Shown here: piece after piece, positions 10,065 to 19,521 of the stretch | How positions within the stretch are numbered: position 1 is the stretch's first letter | Layout: the number at the start of each line of letters is the position of its first letter | Source: Sphingomonadales bacterium | GTDB lineage: Bacteria > Pseudomonadota > Alphaproteobacteria > Sphingomonadales > Sphingomonadaceae | Length of the DNA: 64,000 nt | Reading direction: 5' to 3' | Assembly (NCBI GenBank): GCA_043760725.1 | Contig: JAYUOS010000037.1 | Location: 33,551-97,550, forward strand | The notes under the pieces: model-generated | Seen by the model: the letters and a program-made list of their open reading frames with translations, nothing else | Databases searched by the model: none | What the model was told of the DNA's origin: nothing | Position numbers and translations under genes: made by a program

Positions 10065-10520
10065 CTACGTGTCTGCGCCGTTATGAATCACCGAACGAAA
10101 CGCCGCAACCCATTCCGCCGGTTGGCGCGCTGGCCGACCATTGGGGGCAACAAACGCCGCCTTTACTTGGGCCGTTACCAGCGTTTCACCATCGCGGCTG
10201 ACTGTCTGATGAATATCGCAACTGGCACCGCGCACGGCAGTGACAATACTGGTCACCAGCAAAGCATCATCAAAATGCGCAGGCTTTCGGAATTTTATAT
10301 CCAATTCGATAACGGCATAAGCACCATTGCCCGCGTGATGCGCCCCGCGCTGATCAATCCCCATCCGCGCCAGCATGTCTGAGCGCGCCCGCTCCATAAA
10401 ATGCAGGTAGCGGGCGTGATAGACGACGCCGGAAAAATCGGTGTCTTCAAAATAGACCCGCACCGCGAACTGGTGGTTGGAGCCGTCGAAATGGCCTTGA
10501 TAGGGTTGCGGTCGAAGCAT
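10065..10520 (-). CDS. ybgC: tol-pal associated acyl-CoA thioesterase YbgC
   Basis: 151 aa. The 4HBT hot-dog fold start is VRVYFEDTDFSGVVYHARYLHFMERAR. It is the first gene of the tol cluster. Confidence 0.8.
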   Translation of the reverse strand: MLRPQPYQGHFDGSNHQFAVRVYFEDTDFSGVVYHARYLHFMERARSDMLARMGIDQRGAHHAGNGAYAVIELDIKFRKPAHFDDALLVTSIVTAVRGASCDIHQTVSRDGETLVTAQVKAAFVAPNGRPARQPAEWVAAFRSVIHNGADT

Positions 10521-10642
10521 TGGAATAGTGCTTAACCCCAGAAAACCGTTGCGGGAAGGGGCGTTGGCTGTCCTCTACTCGTTTCGTCGCACCAAGGAAT
10601 CGCACTGCCCCTAAAGCGATTCTCAATAGCGCTTGATTCGAA

Positions 10643-10678
10643 GTAACCCCAAGGTTACATGCGTAACCCTAAGGTTAC
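10643..10678. promoter_or_regulatory. two perfect 16-bp palindromes GTAACC-N4-GGTTAC (putative operator pair)
   Basis: The palindromes are at 10643..10658 (gtaaccccaaggttac) and 10663..10678 (gtaaccctaaggttac). Their centres are 20 bp apart. The second ends 17 nt before the ATG of the membrane-protein/XRE operon. Confidence 0.45.
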
Positions 10679-10695
10679 TTTGAGGGGAATAGAAA

Positions 10696-11139
10696 ATGGC
10701 ATCAGATGACATGGCTTTGGCCGAAAAACTGACAAAGCGCCGCGCGCGGGTTTGTATTATTTCTGGTATATTTTTCTTGGCCACGATGGCGAGCAGTCTG
10801 GGTGTTGATTTCCCGGACAGCCGTCCGCAGACCTTTAAGCTAGCGGCTTGGATTGTGTGGGCAGCGGCTTTGCTGTTTCTACTAGGTGCGGGAGGCGGAC
10901 TGTTGCGCGGCAAAAATGTGCGTTCTTTGATGAACGACGAAAGCACAATTGATAATCGCAGACGCGGTATGGTGGCGGGATTTTGGGCCACGGTATTATC
11001 GGCGTTCGCGCTCTATGTCATAACCTTTTATGAACCTATATCGGCTCGCGAAGTCATCAGGCTGCTGCTATCGGCGGCGGTTGGGGCGTCAATCATCCGC
11101 TTTGGGATATTGGAGCAGCGATCACTCGGTCATGGCTGA
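10696..11139 (+). CDS. hypothetical membrane protein (about 4 TM helices)
   Basis: 147 aa with a GGGGAA RBS and hydrophobic segments. The stop overlaps the start of the downstream HTH gene (ATGGCTGA). Confidence 0.6.
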   Translation: MASDDMALAEKLTKRRARVCIISGIFFLATMASSLGVDFPDSRPQTFKLAAWIVWAAALLFLLGAGGGLLRGKNVRSLMNDESTIDNRRRGMVAGFWATVLSAFALYVITFYEPISAREVIRLLLSAAVGASIIRFGILEQRSLGHG

Positions 11140-11338
11140 TAGACTGGAAAACCGCCTGCGCGAAGCACGCGCGGCAGCGGGCTGGACACAGGCGGAACTG
11201 GCGGAGCGCGTCGGGGTAAGTCGCAAGACAATCAACACCGTCGAAAATGGGGTGTTCGTGCCATCCACCGTACTTGCGCTAAAACTAGCGCAGGCGTTGG
11301 GGGTGCCGGTTGAGGGGCTATTTAGCTTGGTCGAATAA
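11132..11338 (+). CDS. XRE-family helix-turn-helix transcriptional regulator
   Basis: 68 aa starting at the internal ATG. The classic Cro/C1 HTH is [23 protein letters not shown]. Confidence 0.8.
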   Translation: MADRLENRLREARAAAGWTQAELAERVGVSRKTINTVENGVFVPSTVLALKLAQALGVPVEGLFSLVE

Positions 11339-12346
11339 TCCGTCTTGCTCACCCGCAGGCGGATTAAGCCCCAGATGTTTCCACCCCGGCGGGTTCAGCG
11401 CCCGCCCGCGTGCCGTCCGCGCGATCAGGCCGAGTTGCAGCAGGAACGGTTCGACTACATCTTCGATGGTGTCACGCGGCTCGGAAAGTCCCGCTGCAAG
11501 CGCCTCGACGCCCACCGGCCCGCCGCGATAAATATCGGCAATCATCGTCAGATACCGCCTGTCCATCGCATCAAGCCCCAGATGATCAACCTCCAACCGG
11601 TTCAGCGCGCTATCGGCGATTTTGGCGGTGACAGTCGTTTCCCCCGCAACATTGGCAAAGTCACGCACGCGGCGCAGCAACCGCCCGGCAATGCGCGGCG
11701 TACCTCGCGCGCGCTTGGCAATCTCGCGCGCACCATCGGGCGCGATGCCCAGATCAAGCAGCCGTGCAGCGCGGGTGACGACCAGCTCCAGCTCATCATG
11801 CGTATAGAAATTCAGCCGCACCGGAATGCCAAAGCGGTCGCGCAAAGGCGTGGTCAACAACCCCGCCCGCGTGGTTGCGCCGACAAGCGTAAACGCGGGC
11901 AAATCAATCCGCACCGAGCGCGCCGACGGCCCTTCGCCGATCATGATATCGAGCGCGCGGTCCTCCATCGCGGGATACAGGATTTCTTCGACCACTGGAT
12001 TCAGCCGGTGGATTTCGTCGATAAACAGAACGTCGCCGTCCTCAAGATTGGTCAGCAACGCCGCCAGATCCCCCGACTTTGCGATGACAGGGCCAGAGGT
12101 TGAGCGAAAACCCACCCCCATCTCCTTAGCCACAATCTGCGCCAGCGTAGTCTTTCCAAGCCCGGGCGGGCCGAAAAACAATACATGGTCCAGCGCATCC
12201 CCACGAGACTTCGCCGCCTCAATAAACACCCGCAAATTCTCCCGCGCCGCCTGTTGCCCGATGAATTCGGACAGGGTTTTGGGGCGGAGGGCCGCGTCGA
12301 TGTCCTCAGGCTTGCGCATGGGGGTGAGGTGGGGGTTATCTGTCAT
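11318..12346 (-). CDS. ruvB: Holliday junction branch migration helicase RuvB
   Basis: 342 aa with Walker [10 protein letters not shown], Walker [10 protein letters not shown] and a sensor/winged-helix C-terminus. Confidence 0.95.
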   Translation of the reverse strand: MTDNPHLTPMRKPEDIDAALRPKTLSEFIGQQAARENLRVFIEAAKSRGDALDHVLFFGPPGLGKTTLAQIVAKEMGVGFRSTSGPVIAKSGDLAALLTNLEDGDVLFIDEIHRLNPVVEEILYPAMEDRALDIMIGEGPSARSVRIDLPAFTLVGATTRAGLLTTPLRDRFGIPVRLNFYTHDELELVVTRAARLLDLGIAPDGAREIAKRARGTPRIAGRLLRRVRDFANVAGETTVTAKIADSALNRLEVDHLGLDAMDRRYLTMIADIYRGGPVGVEALAAGLSEPRDTIEDVVEPFLLQLGLIARTARGRALNPPGWKHLGLNPPAGEQDGLFDQAK

Positions 12347-12566
12347 TCAGCCCCACGACTTTCCACAGCTGGCCTTTTTCAACAACCTGACAATGATAAC
12401 AGGCGGAGTAGGAGTAATCGTCATTGTACCACTCATGCCTGCCGTGTTTGGCCACGCAATCAGGACCTTTCGGAGCCAGCCCAAGCGCATAAAATGGCGA
12501 GCGCTGTCGCAGCCATGTTCTACGCCTGTACGGCTGATCGGAAAATGGGCTGGCTTCTTTAGTCAC
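12336..12566 (-). CDS. hypothetical small Cys/His-containing protein
   Basis: 76 codons. The GTG start overlaps the upstream stop (GTGACTAA) and the stop overlaps the ruvB start by 11 nt. I recognise no family, so the coding status is uncertain. Confidence 0.35.
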   Translation of the reverse strand: MTKEASPFSDQPYRRRTWLRQRSPFYALGLAPKGPDCVAKHGRHEWYNDDYSYSACYHCQVVEKGQLWKVVGLNDR

Positions 12567-12951
12567 GATACTCGATCACTTCTGCGCTGATTGCGACCCA
12601 GTCATGCTTGCGGTCCAAGTATACCGCGTATTGCGGTGTGGGAAAGTCCTTGTCTGCAAACGCACCGACGGGGATTGCGTAAAGCGCGCGATCGGGCAGT
12701 GCGTGATACCACAGCGTGCCTCCACAGACCGGGCAAAAATGGAAATCGGCCTTGTTGCCGCTATTGCCGGTATGCATATAAAGTTTATGCTCGCCGTTGA
12801 TCGTTACCGCATCCGCCGCAAATCGCGACTGCACCGCAAACGCCGAACCGCTCCGTTTCTGGCAGTCATAGCAATGGCAGACCGAAACGCGCACAGGTTC
12901 GCCGGAGCAGGTGGCGGACAGCTGGCCGCAGCGGCACGTGGGAATACGCAT
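12559..12951 (-). CDS. GFA-family (CENP-V/glutathione-dependent formaldehyde-activating-like) zinc protein
   Basis: The Cys pattern CRCG ... CHCYDCQKRSGSAF ... CPVCGGTLWY is typical of the GFA domain. The ATG at 12951 overlaps the ruvA stop (TGATG); a GTG at 12954 is also possible. Confidence 0.75.
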   Translation of the reverse strand: MRIPTCRCGQLSATCSGEPVRVSVCHCYDCQKRSGSAFAVQSRFAADAVTINGEHKLYMHTGNSGNKADFHFCPVCGGTLWYHALPDRALYAIPVGAFADKDFPTPQYAVYLDRKHDWVAISAEVIEYRD

Positions 12952-13559
12952 CACCGCGCGGCCCTCTTCAACGCCAGCCTGACCAGCGCATCCAATGTTG
13001 CATCCGTTCCCAATTCCTCAACCGCCTGCGCCACAGCACTCCCCGCCTCGCCGGGTTTGAAGCCAAGCCCGGTCAGAGCCGACACCGCGTCGCTCGCATG
13101 GCCGCCCGAACCGCCGCCAACCGCCGCCAGCCTTGCACCACCGCCAAGCCCCGCCAATGCGCCGACCTTATCCTTTAACTCATTCACAATCCGGCTCGCC
13201 AATTTTGGGCCGACGCCGTTGGCGCGCGCCACCATCGCGGCATCGCCGGTGCTTATCGCCATCGCCAAATCGGCGGACTCAATCGCCGACAGAATGGCAA
13301 GCCCAACCTTTCCGCCCACGCCCTGCACACCGGTTAACAAACGGAACCAGTCGCGCTCCTCTCGCGTGGCAAAGCCGATCAGACGCTGGTCGTTTTCCGA
13401 CACCTGCATTTCGGTGAACACCGTGGCGAAATCATCGGTCTTGCCGAGCGCTGCGAGCGTCCGCGCGCTTGCCTGCACCAGATAGCCGACGCCGCCCACG
13501 TCGATTACCAGATGGTCAACGCCCGTTTCGTCAATCCGGCCATAAAGCTTTGCAATCAT
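12951..13559 (-). CDS. ruvA: Holliday junction DNA helicase subunit RuvA
   Basis: The listed ORF starts on a TTG at 13565. I prefer the ATG at 13559, giving [10 protein letters not shown], which matches the canonical RuvA N-terminus. It has HhH motifs and a C-terminal domain III. Confidence 0.9.
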   Translation of the reverse strand: MIAKLYGRIDETGVDHLVIDVGGVGYLVQASARTLAALGKTDDFATVFTEMQVSENDQRLIGFATREERDWFRLLTGVQGVGGKVGLAILSAIESADLAMAISTGDAAMVARANGVGPKLASRIVNELKDKVGALAGLGGGARLAAVGGGSGGHASDAVSALTGLGFKPGEAGSAVAQAVEELGTDATLDALVRLALKRAAR

Positions 13560-13602
13560 GTCCAACGACTAGCTTGGGTTGCCGCAATCGGCAAGCGAAA
13601 GA

Positions 13603-13617
13603 GAACATCGCGTGAAC
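13603..13617 (-). promoter_or_regulatory. putative alphaproteobacterial LexA (SOS) box GTTC-N7-GTTC upstream of ruvA
   Basis: The plus strand reads GAACatcgcgtGAAC, 44-58 nt upstream of the ruvA ATG. It matches the direct-repeat SOS box described for alphaproteobacteria. Confidence 0.4.
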
Positions 13618-13717
13618 GCAGCGAAATTAGCGCTTGGGTTAAGTCACGGACACAATCGTTCAGCGACCCGAAAGCGGTTGTAAGATATCAACCCTCCTTA
13701 TCGTTTTGGGGGCTATC

Positions 13718-14257
13718 ATGAAAGTTACACTTCTCGCATTCGTTTCGGCGGCAGTCGCTATGACCTTTGCCGCGCCATTACAGGCGCAAGAAATCTATGT
13801 CGGTGCCAGCAAGCATACGGTCGATACACCCTTTAGCTTGGAAACCGGTGAAGGCGGCGCAGACCTGCAGCTGGGCATCCGCAGCAAGCGGATCGAAGCC
13901 TTGCGCTTTCTGGGTAAGCCGCAGGCGCATTTGCACGGTCAGGTTAGCCTGAACGGCGATACCAGCTTTGTTGCAGCAGGATTAAGCTGGAAATTCGGCG
14001 ATAGGATTTATGTCCGCCCTGGCATCGGGCTCGCTCTGCACAATGACAGGATCAAAGATTTCCGTCTGTCCGACGGACGACGGCTCGATCTGGGTTCGCG
14101 GATATTGTTCGAACCCGAAATTTCGGTCGGCGCCAGGTTGTCGGACAAAATGGCCGCTGAGATCAGCTGGGTGCATATCAGCCATGCGACATTGTTGAGC
14201 AGCCAAAATCCGGGGATGGATTTTATCGGTGCGCGGCTGGTGTTGAAACTCGATTAG
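13718..14257 (+). CDS. acyloxyacyl hydrolase / lipid A 3-O-deacylase (PagL)-like outer membrane protein
   Basis: The ATG follows GGGGG. It has a signal peptide ending LQAQE and a small beta-barrel-like sequence ending SWVHISHATLLS...GMDFIGARLVLKLD (His/Ser region as in PagL). Confidence 0.6.
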   Translation: MKVTLLAFVSAAVAMTFAAPLQAQEIYVGASKHTVDTPFSLETGEGGADLQLGIRSKRIEALRFLGKPQAHLHGQVSLNGDTSFVAAGLSWKFGDRIYVRPGIGLALHNDRIKDFRLSDGRRLDLGSRILFEPEISVGARLSDKMAAEISWVHISHATLLSSQNPGMDFIGARLVLKLD

Positions 14258-14336
14258 CGGATAGAATCTGGGGGTTTCAACCCTGTGTCGGTGAGTGCCT
14301 AGCATTGACGCTAAGCACCCACCAGACAGCGAATAC

Positions 14337-16577
14337 CTAAAACTTAACGCTGGCTTCCAAGCCCCAGATGCGGGGTTCGTTGACGAAGCCAGTCAGGTTG
14401 TTGAAATCGATGGCACCAACCGCGGACACATCGTTGGTGATGTTGCGAACGAAACCGGCCACATCCCATTTCGGCGTACGATAGCCGAGGCGCAGGCCGC
14501 CTTCGAGCATCGAATCGTCGTTAAACTCCTTCGATGTATACAGGAAGAAGTTGACCTTTGACCGATAGGCCCAGTCGGTAAACGCATATACTTCGCCGCC
14601 CGCAACAGGGACGCCATAACCAGCAGTCCAGTTCAGCGACCATTTTGGCGCCTGTGGCAGCTGATTGCCATCGATCGAATAAATGCCGGGGCTTAATGGG
14701 CGAACCGGATCGGTCACTGTGCAACCACCACCGCAACCGGTGATGAAAGCCAGCGGATCATCAATCTTTGCGCTGTTATAGCTAAGCCCTGCGGTTAGCA
14801 CCATGCGGTCAACCGGGCGCGCCTCTAGCTCGGCCTCAAAGCCATAGCCTTTGACGTTATCGACATTGATCAGCTTCGCCGCGTTGCTTGTACCACCGAC
14901 GGCAGTCAATTGCGCGTTGTTCAGATCATATTTGAATGCCGACAGGTTGAAACGCAGCTTGTTAGACAGCTGCGTTTTGATGCCCGCCTCGTACGACATG
15001 ATCGTTTCGGATTTCGCGGTGCTGATGGCATCTTGCACTGTGGTGAAGACGAACAACGCGCGACCCTGAATCGATGGTGCGCGATAACCCTTTGCCACAC
15101 GGGCATAAAGGTTGACCGCATCCGATGCTTCATAGGCGGCGCTGATATCCCAGGTTAGGTTGTTGTCCTTAACCTTAGCAGTGCCAGTGCCGATCGCACC
15201 AAAGAAACCGGAGCGAGTGACGTCGAGGCGACGCTTATCGTTGTTGTAACGCACGCCAGCAGTCAGCGAGAGCTGCTCGGTCAACGGATAGGTCAGGCTG
15301 CCGAAGACGCCATAAGCCTTTGACTCTTGCTGCTGCCGCGCGGTCACATTGGGGATCAGGCCGGTTGGCGTGCCATAGTTAAACGACGCAATCGACAGGC
15401 TTTCGTCAAAATAGAACACGCCAGCCTGATAAGACAGGCCTTCATCATTGTTCGACGCGATCCGCATTTCGTGGGTGAACTGTTCCAATGCCGGGACATC
15501 GTCTTGCGAGTTGGCCGAAAACGGAATGAAGCCGGGGCCAGCAGGAACGCCGCCGTCAATGTCGCCACGGCTGCTATATTTGCCGTCCCAATAGGCTGTG
15601 ACCGACGTCAGCGTGACCGGACCCAAATCCCATTCGATTGTGCCGCCAAGGCTATAGAGCTTCAGATCCTGAAAGTTGATGCCGTCAGCGCGCACCTGAT
15701 CGCGGCGAAACTCTGACGTTGCGGTTGTCACGCCGCGCAGATCATTAGTTCCGGGGCGGAACAGGTTGGCGCGGAACACGCGGGCAGTGCCGCCGAAATC
15801 GCGATACTGGCCGGTCAGGCGCAGCTTAAACGTCTCGCTGGGCGCAAACTGCACTTGCAAGCGAGCGGCAACATCGGAGTAGCTTTCCAAATCTTTTTTA
15901 TCGGTCGCGGTGTCAATATTGTCGACCCAATCGCCACGGCCCTGCACCGAAACTGACGCACGCGCCGAAATGGTTTCAGTGATGTTGCCGCCAACAGCGC
16001 CTTCAACGCTGGCTGAACTGAAACGACCAATGCTTGCTTTAACGTAATTGGCACCGGCCTTGTCGGGACGGACGCTGTCAAACTTTACGATGCCGGCGGG
16101 CGTGTTGCGTCCAAACAACGTGCCTTGCGGCCCGCGCAACACTTCGACGCGTTCAACGTCAAAGATCGGGAAGCCTTTCAGGATCGGATTTTCCAAAACG
16201 ACATCGTCATACACCAGACTGACGGGTTGAGACGCATTCAAATCGAAATCGGTGTTGCCTAGACCGCGGATGTAAAAGCGTGGAAAGGTGCGACCGAACG
16301 AGCTTTCGATGTTCAGACTGGGCACGCGACCGGCCAAAGCGCGGATATCGCCGCCGCCAGAGTTTATCGCTTCAAGCTTATCGCCCGACACAACGTCGAC
16401 AGAAATTGGAATGTCCTGCAGATTTTCTTCGCGGCGCTGGGCGGTGACGACGATTTCGGTCAGGCCATTTTCTTCGGCGGCTTCGTCTTGTGCAACTGCG
16501 GGAGTCGCGGCGGCAAAAGCGATGGCCAATGTGGCGGTTGCGGTGGATGTGTGAAGGAGTTGACGGATAAGGCGCAT
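14337..16577 (-). CDS. TonB-dependent receptor
   Basis: 746 aa with a signal peptide, a plug start TEIVVTAQRREENLQDIP, a long beta-barrel and a terminal Phe (EASVKF). Confidence 0.9.
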   Translation of the reverse strand: MRLIRQLLHTSTATATLAIAFAAATPAVAQDEAAEENGLTEIVVTAQRREENLQDIPISVDVVSGDKLEAINSGGGDIRALAGRVPSLNIESSFGRTFPRFYIRGLGNTDFDLNASQPVSLVYDDVVLENPILKGFPIFDVERVEVLRGPQGTLFGRNTPAGIVKFDSVRPDKAGANYVKASIGRFSSASVEGAVGGNITETISARASVSVQGRGDWVDNIDTATDKKDLESYSDVAARLQVQFAPSETFKLRLTGQYRDFGGTARVFRANLFRPGTNDLRGVTTATSEFRRDQVRADGINFQDLKLYSLGGTIEWDLGPVTLTSVTAYWDGKYSSRGDIDGGVPAGPGFIPFSANSQDDVPALEQFTHEMRIASNNDEGLSYQAGVFYFDESLSIASFNYGTPTGLIPNVTARQQQESKAYGVFGSLTYPLTEQLSLTAGVRYNNDKRRLDVTRSGFFGAIGTGTAKVKDNNLTWDISAAYEASDAVNLYARVAKGYRAPSIQGRALFVFTTVQDAISTAKSETIMSYEAGIKTQLSNKLRFNLSAFKYDLNNAQLTAVGGTSNAAKLINVDNVKGYGFEAELEARPVDRMVLTAGLSYNSAKIDDPLAFITGCGGGCTVTDPVRPLSPGIYSIDGNQLPQAPKWSLNWTAGYGVPVAGGEVYAFTDWAYRSKVNFFLYTSKEFNDDSMLEGGLRLGYRTPKWDVAGFVRNITNDVSAVGAIDFNNLTGFVNEPRIWGLEASVKF

Positions 16578-16741
16578 ATGGACCTCCCTGATGGTCGATA
16601 ATGTTAAGGGGCACGGCTGTAGCCACCAATGTGCACCCCCGTAACTATCGGCAGAAATAGGTCAATAACGGGCTATACTTGGGTTGCGTTTTACAACAGG
16701 CCTGTGGCTTCGTGGTGACAGTTTAGGCCGAATAACAGAGG

Positions 16742-18130
16742 CTAAAAGCTCATTTCGTCATAAATGCGGCTCAAATCACCGCCCCAATCGCCGTGGTATT
16801 TGTCGAGCAACACTTCGGCAGGCGTTTTACCAGAAGCAACGACTTCCCGCAGGGGATCGAGAAAACCGCTTTCATTGTCGCCGCTGCTGTTCAGTCGATT
16901 GCGCGCCGTCAGGCCAGCCGAGGATATCTCCAAAATTCGGCCAGCAATATCGCGCAGTTTTCCACCGCCACCAATCGGCGCATCAAGGCCGAGTTTCGGG
17001 ACCGAAGACCGCAACGCTTCGCGTTCCTCCATCGTCCAGTGTTTGACCTCGTCCCACGCCGCGTCGAGCGCGTTTTGATCATACAATAGCCCAACCCAAA
17101 ACGCGGGCAGCGCGCAGATCTTGTTCCATGGACCGCCATCTGCGCCGCGCATTTCGAGGAAGCTTTTCAACCGCACCTCTGGGAAGGCGGTCGACATATG
17201 ATCTTCCCAATCGGTCAAGGTCGGCTTTTCACCGGGAAGCACCGACAGTTCCCCTTTCAGGAAATCGCGGAAATCGAGCCCCGATGCATCGATATATTGG
17301 CCGTCGCGATAGACGAAATACATTGGCACTTTCAGCATGTAATCTGCGTATTGTTCATATCCAAAGCCGTCGTCAAACACGAACGGCAGCATGCCCGTGC
17401 GCGCGGGATCGGTGTCTGACCAGATATGGCTGCGATAGGACAGGAAGCCATTCGGCTTGCCTTCAAGGAATGGCGAGTTCGCAAACAACGCGGTCGCAAG
17501 TGGTTGTAACGCGAGGCTGGTGCGGAATTTATGCGCCATGTCAGCTTCGGTGGAGTAATCCAGATTGACCTGAATCGTGCACGTGCGCAGCATCATGTCG
17601 AGGCCCATGCTGCCGACGCGCGGCATATGGCGCAGCATAATCTCGTACCGCCCCTTGGGCATAACCGGCAATTCTTCGCGGGTTTTGTCAGGCCAAAGGC
17701 CAAGGCCCAAAAACGCTTTGCCGGTCTTTTCCCCAATCGCCTTTACTTGTTTCAAATGGCGGCCGGTTTCAGCACAGGTTTGATGCAGATTTTCAAGTGG
17801 CGCACCAGACAGTTCAAGCTGTCCTGCAGGCTCTAGACTGATGTTACCATCCGGCCCTTTCATTGCGATCACGTTAGCACTGCCGTCGCGGGCCGTTTCT
17901 TCGATAGGCTCCCAACCAAATTCCTGCGTCGCCATCAACAGATCGCGGATGCCGCCGGGTTCGTCATAGGATGGCGCGTGATGGTCGCCGGTGCAATAGA
18001 CGAATTTCTCGTGCTCGGTGCCAATACGCCAGCGTTCTGCGGGCTTTTCGCCTTTGGCCATGACCGAAATCAGCTGCTGCCGGTTTTCAATCACAGGATC
18101 GTTGCGATTCGAAACTGTTTTTGTGCTCAT
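16742..18130 (-). CDS. gshA: glutamate--cysteine ligase, plant/alphaproteobacterial type (GCS2)
   Basis: 462 aa. The motifs RIGTEHEKF, TIQVNLD and FLEMRGADGGPW are typical of GCS2-type ligases. Confidence 0.85.
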   Translation of the reverse strand: MSTKTVSNRNDPVIENRQQLISVMAKGEKPAERWRIGTEHEKFVYCTGDHHAPSYDEPGGIRDLLMATQEFGWEPIEETARDGSANVIAMKGPDGNISLEPAGQLELSGAPLENLHQTCAETGRHLKQVKAIGEKTGKAFLGLGLWPDKTREELPVMPKGRYEIMLRHMPRVGSMGLDMMLRTCTIQVNLDYSTEADMAHKFRTSLALQPLATALFANSPFLEGKPNGFLSYRSHIWSDTDPARTGMLPFVFDDGFGYEQYADYMLKVPMYFVYRDGQYIDASGLDFRDFLKGELSVLPGEKPTLTDWEDHMSTAFPEVRLKSFLEMRGADGGPWNKICALPAFWVGLLYDQNALDAAWDEVKHWTMEEREALRSSVPKLGLDAPIGGGGKLRDIAGRILEISSAGLTARNRLNSSGDNESGFLDPLREVVASGKTPAEVLLDKYHGDWGGDLSRIYDEMSF

Positions 18131-18221
18131 TGCGGCGGTGTATAAACGGAATTAATGGTTGGCTAGCAATTTTAGCGCCCTAGGGTCAGGACGCTAATGC
18201 AATTGGGGCGGGGCGGCCCGA

Positions 18222-19301
18222 TCAATTGACCGTCACATTAAACGTCATGGCAAAGGATGTATTGGGCAGCATGTTCGTCCTAATGCCCGTTATGGTGTTT
18301 CCGGTGATGCTCATGCCGATCGGGTCGGTCTCATCCGCCCCAATGTTATTGTCATCCTCGGCGGTTGCTGCAGTTCCGCACGTTCCCCCAGACTGCATCG
18401 ATCCGGGGACATAAGTCATGTTGGTGGGTAAGATGTCACCCATGGAAACCGATGTGGCGGTGCCGCTGCCCGCATTATTGACAGTTATGCAATAACGCAC
18501 GGTCGCACTTGGAAGGGCTTTCGGGTTGCTTGCGCTAGTTCCGTCACTCAGCACAGTCGATATTTTGGTCGAGGTAATATTGGCCTGTGGGCGGCAAAAC
18601 GTAACATCGTGGAAATCGATCGCTTGGCGGGAGGGATTTGCCGGGGCGGAAGCCGCATTTCCATAAACCACAGTCACAGTGTCGACGGGCGCAGAAAAGG
18701 TAACCCAAATCCGGCCGTTCATCGACGTCACTGTCGAAGAGGCATTGCCGACGGCTACATTGCCAGTGATTGTGTACGATGGCGTAGCGTTATGTGTATT
18801 TAATGCTGGCGTTACAGGCGAGCCACCATAGCTACCGGTCACAACGATCCTGTCGGTAAAATTGCCCGAGCTGAAATCTATATCAAATAGGCTGAACTGT
18901 AATCCCGGAACAGCAGTCGGCAGCGTTATCACAGTCGTTACGGTTTGCGCATTGGTTGAAAAATCGATCCATTCCTGCAGCGTGAATTGCACAGGAGACA
19001 TGCCATAGGTGTCGATGTTCTGCCGGAAAGGCGCAGTCCCGCCATAGGCTGCATCGGTGACCCATGCACCACCCGTGGTCGAAATCGCATAGTTGATCGA
19101 CCCCAGATTAGCGACTGAATAGCTGTTGTTCAGCGTGCCGGCCACCCAGATGTTTGCCGGAGTATCCCAGTCAAAAACGGTTGTGCCGACTGGGCAGGTA
19201 AGCGTTGGCTGAGCGGCGAATGCCGGTGTCTGCATGGCCAGCGCCAAAGCAAAAAAAGCCGTGAGCGTTGCCAGCAAGGCGCGCAAAAGCCCGCGAAGCA
19301 T
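18222..19301 (-). CDS. secreted protein with C-terminal DUF11-type (conserved repeat) domain
   Basis: Start moved to MLRGLLRALLATLTAFFALALAMQTPAFA (signal peptide). The last ~98 aa are paralogous to the C-terminus of the next gene. Confidence 0.7.
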   Translation of the reverse strand: MLRGLLRALLATLTAFFALALAMQTPAFAAQPTLTCPVGTTVFDWDTPANIWVAGTLNNSYSVANLGSINYAISTTGGAWVTDAAYGGTAPFRQNIDTYGMSPVQFTLQEWIDFSTNAQTVTTVITLPTAVPGLQFSLFDIDFSSGNFTDRIVVTGSYGGSPVTPALNTHNATPSYTITGNVAVGNASSTVTSMNGRIWVTFSAPVDTVTVVYGNAASAPANPSRQAIDFHDVTFCRPQANITSTKISTVLSDGTSASNPKALPSATVRYCITVNNAGSGTATSVSMGDILPTNMTYVPGSMQSGGTCGTAATAEDDNNIGADETDPIGMSITGNTITGIRTNMLPNTSFAMTFNVTVN

Positions 19302-19521
19302 GCGCTGCGACGGCGCAAAGACGGCCAATCGGTTATTCACTGCGTTATACACAAGCCCGCATCTGCCAGAATTTCCTTTACAATTGCCCAATATCGCGAT
19401 GTGCCTCGCCTTTTCAGATGTAAAATCTGCCACACTTCTCGAAAAGCTGCATGTTGTCCGAGGTAAAGCGCGAATATCGACGCTGACCGTGTGTTGTCGA
19501 TGTCGCTGTTGGTTCGACCCG

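Noticed and set aside
16578-16741. The leader of the TonB-dependent receptor gene, considered as a cobalamin or other riboswitch.
   Set aside because: No B12-box-like or other riboswitch signature is visible. It is only a 164-nt spacer with a weak promoter-like TTGACC.
19302-19433. N-terminal extensions of listed ORFs upstream of obvious signal peptides or lipoboxes: 19302..19433, 21178..21279, 5539..5694, 6641..6742, 28990..29022 and 57041..57088.
   Set aside because: The extensions start at alternative codons without an RBS, overlap neighbouring genes or promoters, and precede much better internal starts that have an RBS and a canonical signal peptide.
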